From: an uncultured Clostridia bacterium
Lineage (GTDB): Bacteria > Bacillota > Clostridia > Oscillospirales > CAG-272
Reading direction: 5' to 3'
Assembly (NCBI GenBank): GCA_947588825.1
Contig: CANPZU010000008.1
Span: 1,031 to 65,030, forward strand
DNA: 64,000 nt
In this document: positions 46,760 through 56,248 of the stretch, in pieces
How the letters are laid out: every line of letters starts with the position of its first letter
Numbering within the stretch: position 1 is the first letter of the stretch
The notes under the pieces: model-generated
The model's database searches: none
The model's input: only the letters and a program-made list of their open reading frames with translations
What the model was told of the DNA's origin: nothing
Position numbers and translations under genes: made by a program

Positions 46760-47554
46760 ATGCCGAGATTTTTCCTGCCCTCTTCCTGCTTTGACGACTT
46801 TAAAAATAAAGGCGGTCAAAGCGAAAATGAGATGGGAAAGGCTTTTGCACCGGGGCAAGAGACATGTGTGCTTATAACCGAGGCGGATGCGCGTCATATT
46901 TCCCGGTCGCTCAGGATGAAGGTAAAAGATAAGATCACTCTGTGCGACATGCGCCTTACAGAGTACGACTGCGTTATCGAAGAAATCGGATCGGATAGCG
47001 TTAAAGTAAGGGTACTTTCCGCCAATGCGAGTTTAAGCGAAATGCCGTGCCGTGTCACCCTTTATCAGGCTCTTGCAAAGGGCGATAAAATGGACCGTGT
47101 TATTCAAAAAGCCGTCGAGCTCGGCGCATGTGGGATAGTTCCCGTGCAAAGCGAACGGGCTGTTGTAAAGCTTGACGAAGAAAATGCCGGGAAAAAGACA
47201 CAAAGATGGCAAAAGATCGCAAAAGAAGCCTCGGGGCAGTGCGGCAGAGGCAGACTGTGCGAGGTCTCGCGGCCCGTGGATTTTGAAACGGCAGTCAATA
47301 TGATGAAAAAAGACGAACTTTTTTTCGTTTGCTATGAGGGCGACGCCGACAAAACGTTAAAAGAGCTTTTGCCGAGTCGCTGCCCGAAGAGTATCGGCTT
47401 TCTTATAGGACCGGAAGGAGGCTTTTCCTTTAGAGAGGTCGGTTATATGAGTGAGTCGGGCGTTCCCATGTGCAAGCTCGGAAAGCGTATCCTGAGGACC
47501 GAGACAGCGTCCGGCTATGTGTTATCCTGTTTGAGCTTTCTTTACGAGCTGTAA
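46760..47554 (+). CDS. rsmE: 16S rRNA (uracil1498-N3)-methyltransferase RsmE
   Basis: MPRFF N-terminus, LYQALAKGDKMDRVIQKAVELGACGIVPVQSERAVVKL, LIGPEGGFSFREV and ILRTETA are the RsmE/SPOUT signatures. Confidence 0.85.
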   Translation: MPRFFLPSSCFDDFKNKGGQSENEMGKAFAPGQETCVLITEADARHISRSLRMKVKDKITLCDMRLTEYDCVIEEIGSDSVKVRVLSANASLSEMPCRVTLYQALAKGDKMDRVIQKAVELGACGIVPVQSERAVVKLDEENAGKKTQRWQKIAKEASGQCGRGRLCEVSRPVDFETAVNMMKKDELFFVCYEGDADKTLKELLPSRCPKSIGFLIGPEGGFSFREVGYMSESGVPMCKLGKRILRTETASGYVLSCLSFLYEL

Positions 47555-47644
47555 ATGCAATATTAAATACTAAATACAGTATTAAAGATTAAGGCAAAAG
47601 TCCGAAAACGAGTGAATATTTGCACAGTGTACACAAAAAAACTA

Positions 47645-47673
47645 TTGAAAATCAACAAATTGTGTTGTAAAAT
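47645..47673 (+). promoter_or_regulatory. sigma-A type promoter
   Basis: TTGAAA (47645-47650), 17-nt spacer, TAAAAT (47668-47673). Confidence 0.6.
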
Positions 47674-47723
47674 ATATGTGTCGTCACGCAAGAGGGCGCA
47701 CGGAAAATAAGGAAGGTGAACCC

Positions 47724-48809
47724 ATGTCAAACAGGTTGTTTCAAGGGATAATTTATCAGATGAAGGATGCGGTTGATCGCACCGTAGGCGTTATCGATGA
47801 AACGGGAGTCGTTATTTCTTGCAGCGAACTGGGCAAAATCGGAGAGATACGCCAGGGAATACGGGATGAGATCGCATATACGTCCGACTTTATTAAGCTT
47901 GGAGGGTGCACCTACAGAGCTATGAGCGGTACTCCCAAAAGCGACTATATTGTATTTGTCGAGGGGGAGGACAAGGCGTCTGAAAACCTTGCCATGCTTC
48001 TTTCCATCACCCTTGGAAATATCAAGGTCCTTTATGACGAGAAACATGACAAGTCCTCGTTTATAAAGAACATCATACTTGACAATATCCTGCCGAGCGA
48101 CATATACATAAAATCCAAGGAGCTGCATTTTGCAAACGACGTTTACAGGATCGTTTTCCTTATAAGGTTTACGGGGAAAAACGACGTGGTGCCTTACGAC
48201 GTGCTGCTCAACATGTTTCCGGGCAAAAACAAGGATTACATAATCAATGTCGGAGAGCAGGACACCGTGCTTGTCAAGGAAGTAAAGCCAAACTTTGACA
48301 TGAAGGAGATCGAAAAGATAGCGCGTTCGATTGCAGATACGATATCCACCGAGTTTTATTCCAAGGTGCTTATAGGTATAGGAACCGCCGTCGACAACCT
48401 CAAGGATCTTTCCAAATCCTACAAGGAGGCGCAGATCGCGCTTGAGGTCGGCAAGGTTTTTGACACCGACAAGGACATAATAACCTATGACAATTTGGGT
48501 ATCGGAAGGCTTATTTATCAGCTTCCGCAGTCGCTTTGCGAGATGTTTTTGCAGGAGGTTTTCAAGAGAGGTCCGCTTGAGACAATCGACCGCGACACGC
48601 TGGTGACGATCCAGTCTTTTTTTGAGAACAATCTGAACGTGTCTGAGACCTCAAGAAAGCTGTTTGTGCACAGAAACACCCTTGTCTACAGACTTGAAAA
48701 GATACGAAAGCTCACCGGGCTCGATCTGAGGGAGTTCGAACATGCCGTCACTTTCAAGGTGGCGCTTATGGTCAAGAAATACCTGACCTCCAAATCGGTC
48801 AAGTACTGA
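47724..48809 (+). CDS. PucR/CdaR-family transcriptional regulator
   Basis: C-terminal PucR-type HTH NLNVSETSRKLFVHRNTLVYRLEKIRKLTGLDLRE. Start at MSNRLFQG (47724) after AAGGAAGG. Confidence 0.8.
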   Translation: MSNRLFQGIIYQMKDAVDRTVGVIDETGVVISCSELGKIGEIRQGIRDEIAYTSDFIKLGGCTYRAMSGTPKSDYIVFVEGEDKASENLAMLLSITLGNIKVLYDEKHDKSSFIKNIILDNILPSDIYIKSKELHFANDVYRIVFLIRFTGKNDVVPYDVLLNMFPGKNKDYIINVGEQDTVLVKEVKPNFDMKEIEKIARSIADTISTEFYSKVLIGIGTAVDNLKDLSKSYKEAQIALEVGKVFDTDKDIITYDNLGIGRLIYQLPQSLCEMFLQEVFKRGPLETIDRDTLVTIQSFFENNLNVSETSRKLFVHRNTLVYRLEKIRKLTGLDLREFEHAVTFKVALMVKKYLTSKSVKY

Positions 48810-48844
48810 TATATTTTTTACCTTTACGGTTACGGTAATCATAG

Positions 48845-48882
48845 GCTTGCGCATCAGCGGTGTTATGTATGCGCAAGCTTTG
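48845..48882 (+). terminator. intrinsic terminator
   Basis: GCTTGCGCAT / ATGCGCAAGC 10-bp stem followed by TTTG. Confidence 0.7.
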
Positions 48883-49000
48883 ATTGATATATGCTTGCAA
48901 TCATTTTGAGTTTTGAAAAAGGCTGTCTGCAATATTAAGGATGCTTTATTCTTTATTAAGTTAAGGATGCTTTTGCTCGGCGAAAGTAAAGATCGGGAAT

Positions 49001-49726
49001 ATGATAGAATTCAAAAACGTTGTTAAAAAGTATCAAAACGGCACGGTCGCCCTTGACGACGTGAATCTTAGGATCGAAGACGGAGAGTTTGTTTTCATCG
49101 TCGGAGAATCGGGAGCCGGAAAATCCACTCTTACAAAGCTGCTGCTTCGTGAGGAGACGGTGACGTCGGGGCAGATAACCGTTACGGCGAAGACGGGCGA
49201 GAAAACCGAGTTTTTCAGTCTCGGCAATCTGACCCCCTCAAAGATACCCTATTACAGGAGAAAGCTTGGGGTGGTTTTTCAGGATTTTCGCCTTTTCCCC
49301 GACAAGACCGTGTATGAAAATATCGCCTTTGTGCTCAGAGTAATAGGAAAGTCGCAAAGAACGGTCAAGAGAAACGTTCAAACCCTTCTGAAAAGGGTGA
49401 ACCTTGTCGAAAAGGCAAACTGTTACCCAAATGAGCTCTCTGGCGGAGAACAGCAAAGAGTAGCTCTTGCAAGGGCGCTTGCCAACGACTCGAGTATTAT
49501 AATCGCGGACGAGCCGACCGGCAACATCGATCCCGTTATGAGCTATGACATAATGAATCTGCTGATATACATACAGCAGAAATTCGGAAAGACCGTTATT
49601 GTCGTCACGCACGAAAAAGAGCTTGTGGACTATTTTAAGCAGCGCGTAGTGACGATAAAGCACGGCAGGATAGTTGATGACAGGGTGGGCACCATGTTCG
49701 AGGAACACCCGCAGGAAGCAGAGTGA
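49001..49726 (+). CDS. ftsE: cell-division ABC transporter ATP-binding protein FtsE
   Basis: MIEFKNVVKKY, Walker A GESGAGKST, signature LSGGEQQRVALARAL, Walker B IIIADEP. An ftsX-like gene follows. Confidence 0.9.
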   Translation: MIEFKNVVKKYQNGTVALDDVNLRIEDGEFVFIVGESGAGKSTLTKLLLREETVTSGQITVTAKTGEKTEFFSLGNLTPSKIPYYRRKLGVVFQDFRLFPDKTVYENIAFVLRVIGKSQRTVKRNVQTLLKRVNLVEKANCYPNELSGGEQQRVALARALANDSSIIIADEPTGNIDPVMSYDIMNLLIYIQQKFGKTVIVVTHEKELVDYFKQRVVTIKHGRIVDDRVGTMFEEHPQEAE

Positions 49727-49784
49727 GCCGAAATTTTCGCTTGCTTGAAACAGAAAGGAAACCGTAAAAGGCGGGAATTGTTTA

Positions 49785-50738
49785 ATGAATAACTTCAGTT
49801 TGTCGTATAGCGTAACGCAAAGCCTTAAGGGTTTATGGCGCAATCGAGTGATGAGCCTTGCCTCCATACTCGTTCTTATCAGTTGCATGCTTGTTCTCGG
49901 AACGTTTTACGCTCTCAACCTCAATATAAACTATAACCTCGACTCTCTGACGCTTTTAAACGAAATGGCGGCGTTTGTGGACGAGGACTGCACGGCGGAG
50001 GAGATTGAGCAGGTAAGGGAGCAGATCCTTGCCATGGACGGACTTGTAAACGACGTTGAATATATATCAAAGGAAGCCGCCCTTGAGGCAGAAAAGGAAA
50101 AATTCAAGGATTATCCGGCGCTTTTTGCTACTCTTCAGGAGGGCGCAAACCCCTACAGAGCCTCCTTTATGATAACATATACAGACATTTCTGTTATTGA
50201 AGACATCGAGTACAAATTGGGACAGATATCGATTGAGCGAACGGTGATTGCCGAGGACGGCACGACCTCGGTCGTGACCGTATATCCGATAAACAAGGTG
50301 ACCTCCCACACCGATGTGGCGGGAACGCTTGAAAATCTTAGAGATGGCGTTCGCAATGTGCTTATCGGCTTTATGGCTATTTTGTTCGTTGTGAGTATGT
50401 TCATAATAGTAAACACGATAAGGATTGCGGTGTTCACGAGACAGAAAGAAATCTCGGTTATGAGATATGTCGGCGCGACAAACGGATATATTGTTGTTCC
50501 CTTTGTCTTTGAGGGCATGTTTATGGGCCTTATAGCAAGCGTCGTCGCGTTTTTTGTAGAATGGATAATATACGACAGGGCGACTTCAATCATCACATCG
50601 CAGTACCGCATTTTCTCAACGGTGGGATTTGGCAGCTTTGCACTTATACTGGCTCTCTCCTTCGCGGTCATCGGCCTTATTGCCGGGATCGGCGGAAGTC
50701 TTATATCGATCGCTAGATATCTCAAAGAAAAGGATTAA
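49785..50738 (+). CDS. ftsX: cell-division permease-like protein FtsX
   Basis: N-terminal TM, extracytoplasmic domain, then three C-terminal TM helices with REISVMRYVGATNGYI (the FtsX box). Confidence 0.88.
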   Translation: MNNFSLSYSVTQSLKGLWRNRVMSLASILVLISCMLVLGTFYALNLNINYNLDSLTLLNEMAAFVDEDCTAEEIEQVREQILAMDGLVNDVEYISKEAALEAEKEKFKDYPALFATLQEGANPYRASFMITYTDISVIEDIEYKLGQISIERTVIAEDGTTSVVTVYPINKVTSHTDVAGTLENLRDGVRNVLIGFMAILFVVSMFIIVNTIRIAVFTRQKEISVMRYVGATNGYIVVPFVFEGMFMGLIASVVAFFVEWIIYDRATSIITSQYRIFSTVGFGSFALILALSFAVIGLIAGIGGSLISIARYLKEKD

Positions 50739-50903
50739 TTTAATACCGTATAAAATTATACGGCTGTATTAGCTAAGAAATAATGCGCCTTAGACGCAAG
50801 AAAAGGCGCTTTTGAAATGATAAAATTGCAAATTCGGTAAGCATGTGCGGCTTCTTGTAAGGCCGCGCACATATTACGCGGCAAACAGAAAAGAGGTCTG
50901 AAA

Positions 50904-52355
50904 ATGAACGACGAACGCTTTGCAACCGAAAATAAAATAAGGCAAAGCAAGATAATATCGCTTTTAACGCTTGCTCTTTCTATTCTGCTTGTTATCGCCG
51001 TCTGTGTTTCCCCTATCGGACTTTTTCAAGCCTTTGCCGAGGAGGGAGATTCAAAAAACGACAGTAATGTCGTCGATATACCCGATTACAATCCTTCGGA
51101 GTACGAAACGGCGGATGAGATAAAAAAGGTGATTGATGAGCTCGTAGCTTCTCTCGGCGATATGGATAAAATGAAAAACGATCTGTATTTGCAGCTTGAG
51201 GAAGCGCTTGAAAACAGAAACGAGATCGAGAGCAAATACCTTGCAGACAAGGTGGAGGCGGACGCCGAAATACAGATAATCGAGATAAAGCTTGATATTT
51301 TTCAGCAGATAATCGATCAGTATGACCTTCTCATAAAAAACAAAGAGGAAGAGATAAACGTCATAGTACAGGAGTTTAACGAAATATACGACATCTTTGA
51401 GGAAAGGCTTCGCCAGTCCTATGAGGAGGGACTCCCAAGTTCGATCGAAATACTGCTTAAAGCCGATTCGTTTATAGAAATGCTGACCTCGATAGAGCGT
51501 ATGAAGGACATCCTTCAGTACGATACCGAGGTGATGGAGGTGCTTGAGGGAATAGAGAAGCAGCATATGCTTGAAAGGCAGGAGCTGCAAAAATATCTCG
51601 ACGAGCAGCAGGGCGTTGTAAAGGAGCTTGAAGAGGGCAGGGCTTCGCTTGAAGCGAAGGTGGCCGAAAGTCTTGAAATACTCGACATTCAGGACAGCAA
51701 TATTGACGAATACCTTCTCCTTCTTGAAATAACCGAACAAAACCAGGCTATAATCAATCAAAGGATAGAACAGGCCGTCAAGGATTACTATGCTCATCTC
51801 GGAAACGAAGAACAAAAAGAATACCGTCTGACCGAGGAATACAAACGCGCGTATGTGCTGCCGGATATAATCAAGAAAATGGAAGAGGGCACATTGGCAA
51901 AGGGACTTGAATATTTTACCGACGGAGATCAATATATTTGGCCGCTTCCCACGAAATATCATAAGAGAGCGTATATCACGAGCACCTTCGGATGGCGCAC
52001 ATACACCGATTCGGAAGGTAAAAAAGTCACAAATAACCACAAGGGTTACGATATTGGATGTCCGTTCAGCACCGAGATTTATGCCGCACGGTCGGGAAAC
52101 GTAATAACCGCAGCGTATAACAGTTCATACGGATATTATATTGTCATTCTGCACGACGACGGCACGACCACTCTTTACGCCCATTGCAGCAAGCTGATAG
52201 CGACAAAGGGAGAATACGTGCTCCAAGGCGAAAACATAGCCCGTGTGGGATCGACCGGCAACAGCACGGGAAATCATCTTCATATAGAGGTGCGCATAAA
52301 TAATTCGCCGGTCGACCCGTCTCAGTACATAGCAATGCCCGCAAAGAACAACTGA
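50904..52355 (+). CDS. M23/LytM-family peptidoglycan metalloendopeptidase with long coiled coil (EnvC-like)
   Basis: Signal/TM segment, about 270-aa Glu/Leu-rich coiled coil, then HKGYDIG...YIVILHDDGTTTLYAHCS...GNSTGNHLHIEVR. Confidence 0.88.
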   Translation: MNDERFATENKIRQSKIISLLTLALSILLVIAVCVSPIGLFQAFAEEGDSKNDSNVVDIPDYNPSEYETADEIKKVIDELVASLGDMDKMKNDLYLQLEEALENRNEIESKYLADKVEADAEIQIIEIKLDIFQQIIDQYDLLIKNKEEEINVIVQEFNEIYDIFEERLRQSYEEGLPSSIEILLKADSFIEMLTSIERMKDILQYDTEVMEVLEGIEKQHMLERQELQKYLDEQQGVVKELEEGRASLEAKVAESLEILDIQDSNIDEYLLLLEITEQNQAIINQRIEQAVKDYYAHLGNEEQKEYRLTEEYKRAYVLPDIIKKMEEGTLAKGLEYFTDGDQYIWPLPTKYHKRAYITSTFGWRTYTDSEGKKVTNNHKGYDIGCPFSTEIYAARSGNVITAAYNSSYGYYIVILHDDGTTTLYAHCSKLIATKGEYVLQGENIARVGSTGNSTGNHLHIEVRINNSPVDPSQYIAMPAKNN

Positions 52356-52462
52356 GCGATCGAACTTAAGCGGCTAAGTGAGTTTTTGGCCGCGATATAG
52401 CGACAGAAAAGATAGAAAAAGCAAGCGAGAGCATCTTTTTTAAAGAAAGGCAATTTATTTAA

Positions 52463-53917
52463 ATGAGCGATAATCCGCAAAAGCAAAACAACACCGAAAA
52501 AATTGACGGCCTTGATAAAAAAACAAGCGAAATACAAAACGGTCCAGAACACGAAGATGTATTGACCGAAACGTCAAATAAGGCGCCGTCCTTGGCGGAA
52601 AGCGGAGGGCAAAACGCGCGGGATACGACAAAAAGACCTCTTAAAAGGTTTTCGTGGTATCAGGCGATAATCGCCTTAGTGCTTGTCTGCGTCATTACTT
52701 TCATGTCTACTTACACCGCGCTGTATGTCAAGTACAATTACGAGATAGACAAAGCGGTAAATGACGCTCAGTCTGATGTCGATTTTGACAGTACGGTACT
52801 GGACGCCATAAAGAATTTTTACGAAAAATACTATGTGGGCGACCTTGGAGATTCTTATGATGATCAGTATCTGTATTTTGACATGAGCTATTTTGAGGGC
52901 TGGGACAGAGACAGCGTTACCGACGTGGTATCAAGCCTGTATGTGGCTTGGACGGGTGATACCTACGGGCAGTACTATTCCCCGAGGGAAATGGACGAGC
53001 TTAACAACTTCTTTAACGGAGAAACGGTAGGTATCGGCGTCATGATCACCTACAGTGAGGCTGACGGCAGCGTCGAGGTACTCTATACAATGGACGATTC
53101 CCCGGCTCAAAAGGCGGGCATCACGGCGGGAGACTATATTGTTAAAATTGGGGATGTCGCCGTTGCAGACATGACCTACGATGAGATAACCTCAAGTATT
53201 CAGGGAGAGGCCGGCAGTAAGCTTGAGATAACCGTGATGAGAGATAACGAAATCCGCGTTTGTGAACTGACAAGAGAGACCGTTGTCATCAAAACGGTTT
53301 TTCCGCATATGGCCTTTGACGGAAAAACAGGCATAATCAAGATCACCGAGTTTACCGCCGAAACGCCGGAGCAGTTTATAAGCGCGGTAGAAACGCTTGA
53401 AGGCGAGGGCGCTTCGCGCTTTGTATTCGATCTGAGAGATAATCCGGGCGGTCTTTTGAGCGGCGTTCTCGGCGTACTTTCATATATACTTCCAAAGGAT
53501 ACAAGGCTTATAAAGGAAGTAGATAAATACGGAAACGAAAGTTATGAATATTGCGACAACGAACATATAATGGACTGTCCTATGTCGGTGCTTGTCAACT
53601 CTAACACGGCAAGCGCCGCCGAGCTGTTTACCATAAACATGCGTGACTATGACAAGGCCGAGATCGTCGGCACAAAGACTTTTGGAAAGGGCGTTGTTCA
53701 AAGCTTTTACGAGCTTCCGAACGGAGGTATGCTGAAGCTTACTACGATGTGGTATTCCTCGGCGCTGTCCGGCAGCTACGACAAGATCGGCATTAATCCG
53801 GATTATACAGTGGAGATGGACGAAAAATTTGCTCTTGTCAACCTGTTTAAAATCTCGGACGAGGATGACAATCAGCTTCAATACGCTCTCGGCCTGATGA
53901 ACGGCGAAAACGTCTGA
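52463..53917 (+). CDS. S41-family C-terminal processing peptidase (Ctp) with PDZ domain
   Basis: TM anchor. PDZ region DDSPAQKAGITAGDYIVKIGD. Has FDLRDNPGGLL, VLVNSNTASAAELF and GTKTFGKGVVQ. Confidence 0.88.
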   Translation: MSDNPQKQNNTEKIDGLDKKTSEIQNGPEHEDVLTETSNKAPSLAESGGQNARDTTKRPLKRFSWYQAIIALVLVCVITFMSTYTALYVKYNYEIDKAVNDAQSDVDFDSTVLDAIKNFYEKYYVGDLGDSYDDQYLYFDMSYFEGWDRDSVTDVVSSLYVAWTGDTYGQYYSPREMDELNNFFNGETVGIGVMITYSEADGSVEVLYTMDDSPAQKAGITAGDYIVKIGDVAVADMTYDEITSSIQGEAGSKLEITVMRDNEIRVCELTRETVVIKTVFPHMAFDGKTGIIKITEFTAETPEQFISAVETLEGEGASRFVFDLRDNPGGLLSGVLGVLSYILPKDTRLIKEVDKYGNESYEYCDNEHIMDCPMSVLVNSNTASAAELFTINMRDYDKAEIVGTKTFGKGVVQSFYELPNGGMLKLTTMWYSSALSGSYDKIGINPDYTVEMDEKFALVNLFKISDEDDNQLQYALGLMNGENV

Positions 53918-53976
53918 TTCTGATATTGAAATTAATAACATATTTTATTTAATATAAGGATTTAAGGAGAATTGAA

Positions 53977-54447
53977 ATGACACAAATCACGGTAACGAAC
54001 GAAGGAAAAAAGAAGCTTGAGCAAGAATACGAATTTCTGAAAAACGTCAGAAGAAAAGAGATAACCGAGGCGATAAGAGTGGCGCTCGGTTTTGGAGACC
54101 TTTCGGAGAACAGCGAGTACGACGAGGCTAAGACAGAGCAGGCAAAAGTCGAGGCGCGCATCTCCGAGCTTGAGGAAATGCTCAAGAACATCATAGTCGT
54201 GTCTGACGAGCAGATAAACACCGACACGGTGGGCGTCGGCTGCAAGGTCAAAGTATACAACAGCAGATTTGACGAAACCGTCGAGTATCTTATAGTCGGA
54301 TCGACCGAGGCGGCTCCACTTCAGAATAAAATTTCCGACTTTTCTCCGATAGGAAAGGCGCTGATAGGGCACAAGGCGGGTGAAACCGTCGTTGTCGAAG
54401 CTCCCGCAGGAAGCAGTGAGATCAAAATCCTTGAAATTTCAAAATGA
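53977..54447 (+). CDS. greA: transcription elongation factor GreA
   Basis: Has [44 protein letters not shown]-terminal [17 protein letters not shown]. Confidence 0.93.
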   Translation: MTQITVTNEGKKKLEQEYEFLKNVRRKEITEAIRVALGFGDLSENSEYDEAKTEQAKVEARISELEEMLKNIIVVSDEQINTDTVGVGCKVKVYNSRFDETVEYLIVGSTEAAPLQNKISDFSPIGKALIGHKAGETVVVEAPAGSSEIKILEISK

Positions 54448-54502
54448 TTATTATTAATTATTAATGATTATAAGTAAGTAAAGTGTAAGGAAATTAAAAA
54501 GC

Positions 54503-55993
54503 ATGGCGGAAGAAAACAGCATACAAAGCGGCGCGGGGAGCGAGCTTAAGGTCAGAAGGGAAAAGCTCGAGTTGCTGAAGCAATCGGGAAACGATCCGTT
54601 TGTCATTACAAAATACGATGTGAACGCTCTCAGCGATGAAATAAAGGAAAATTACAGAGAAGAAAACGAAAGAATTGTAAGAATAGCCGGCAGAATAATG
54701 AGCCGCAGAATCATGGGTAAAGCGTCCTTTGCGCATATTGCGGACAGCCGCGGCGAGATACAGATTTATGTAAAGCGCGATGAGGTAGGCGAGGACGCCT
54801 ACAACAACGGCTTTAAAAAGTGGGATGTCGGCGACGTCATAGGAGTGGAAGGTCGGGTTTTCAAAACACAGACGGGTGAAATATCAATTCACGCTTCAAG
54901 CATCATTTTGCTTGCCAAGTCTCTTCTCCCTCTTCCCGAAAAGTTCCACAAACTTACAGACACCGATATGAGGTATCGCCAGAGGTACGTCGATCTCATA
55001 GTCAATCCCGAGGTCAAGGACACCTTTATAAAGCGTTCGCTCATTTTGAAGGAAATAAGAAGCTATCTTGACAGCAAAGGCTTTGTGGAGGTTGACACCC
55101 CCATTCTCACTCCCTTTGAAATAGGAGCGACCGCGCGTCCTTTTGTCACTCACCACAACACTCTCGACATGGAGATGTATTTAAGAATTGAGACAGAGCT
55201 TTATTTGAAGCGTCTGATTGTAGGCGGATTTGACAGGGTTTACGAGGTAGGCAGAATTTTCAGAAACGAGGGAATGGACACAAAGCACAACCCCGAGTTT
55301 ACAACCATCGAGCTTTATCAGGCTTATACCGACTATAAGGGCATGATGGACCTTGTAATAGAGCTTAACAGCATGCTTGCCGAGAAGATATGCGGCAGCA
55401 CCGTTATAGGATATCAGGGCAAAACGATCGACATGGGTCACTGGGAAAGACTCACCATGATCGAGGCGGTGAAGAAGTATGCCGGAGTTGACTATTTTGA
55501 CTGGGCAAGCGACGAGGATGCAAGAGAGTGCGCTAAGGCGAAAAACGTGGAAGTGCCGGCAAATGCGACAAAGGGCGCCGTTCTCGCCGAACTCTTTGAC
55601 GCTTATGTTGAAGAGCACCTCATTCAGCCCACAATTATTTACGATTACCCGATCGAAAACAGTCCGCTTGCAAAGAAAAAGCCCGATATGCCGATGTTCA
55701 CAGAGCGTTTTGAATACTTTATAAACGCCACGGAATTCGGAAATGCGTTTTCGGAGCTCAACGACCCGATTGACCAAAAGGAACGCTTTGAAAAACAGGT
55801 AGCGCTTAAAAGGGCGGAAGACCCGAACACGACGGCGCAGGTCGATTATGACTATGTTACAGCCCTTGAATACGGCCTTGCCCCCACGGGCGGACTTGGA
55901 TTTGGCGTCGACCGCCTCGTAATGCTCCTCACCGACAGCGCGTCCATTCGAGATGTTTTATTGTTCCCGACAATGAAGCCGTTGGGGGAGTAA
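54503..55993 (+). CDS. lysS: lysine--tRNA ligase (class II)
   Basis: OB-fold N-terminus (GRIMSRRIMGKASFAHI). Has RYRQRYVDLI, FRNEGMDTKHNPEFTTIELYQAY and GGLGFGVDRLVMLLT. Confidence 0.95.
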   Translation: MAEENSIQSGAGSELKVRREKLELLKQSGNDPFVITKYDVNALSDEIKENYREENERIVRIAGRIMSRRIMGKASFAHIADSRGEIQIYVKRDEVGEDAYNNGFKKWDVGDVIGVEGRVFKTQTGEISIHASSIILLAKSLLPLPEKFHKLTDTDMRYRQRYVDLIVNPEVKDTFIKRSLILKEIRSYLDSKGFVEVDTPILTPFEIGATARPFVTHHNTLDMEMYLRIETELYLKRLIVGGFDRVYEVGRIFRNEGMDTKHNPEFTTIELYQAYTDYKGMMDLVIELNSMLAEKICGSTVIGYQGKTIDMGHWERLTMIEAVKKYAGVDYFDWASDEDARECAKAKNVEVPANATKGAVLAELFDAYVEEHLIQPTIIYDYPIENSPLAKKKPDMPMFTERFEYFINATEFGNAFSELNDPIDQKERFEKQVALKRAEDPNTTAQVDYDYVTALEYGLAPTGGLGFGVDRLVMLLTDSASIRDVLLFPTMKPLGE

Positions 55994-56053
55994 AAATTCC
56001 AGAACCCCCTATTTTAAGCCACTTTTCGGGCTTTTCAAAAAGCCGGAATTTAC

Positions 56054-56078
56054 AACTTACATCAAACTTACATCAAAC
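56054..56078. repeat. 11-bp tandem direct repeat AACTTACATCA x2 (+AAC)
   Basis: Read directly. Lies 60 nt after the lysS stop. Confidence 0.8.
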
Positions 56079-56130
56079 GGTGCAGGAAGCGACGTAGGGG
56101 CTTAAAAATCGCATATTTCTTGCTCTTTTG

Positions 56131-56166
56131 CTCGCAGAGATCGCATGATTTCTGCGAGCTTTTTTC
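56131..56166 (+). terminator. intrinsic terminator
   Basis: CTCGCAGA / TCTGCGAG 8-bp stem followed by CTTTTTT. Confidence 0.75.
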
Positions 56167-56248
56167 GTTTTGTGCAGTCGCAAACTGTTCGTTTTCCGTT
56201 TTTTCCTGTATACTTTATTCAGTAAGTATCTCAAGAGGCGATAATCGT

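Noticed and set aside
51051-52040. 329-aa minus-strand ORF inside the M23 peptidase gene
   Set aside because: It is the antisense of a Glu/Lys/Leu coiled-coil region. Its translation is a Phe/Leu/Tyr-rich artefact.
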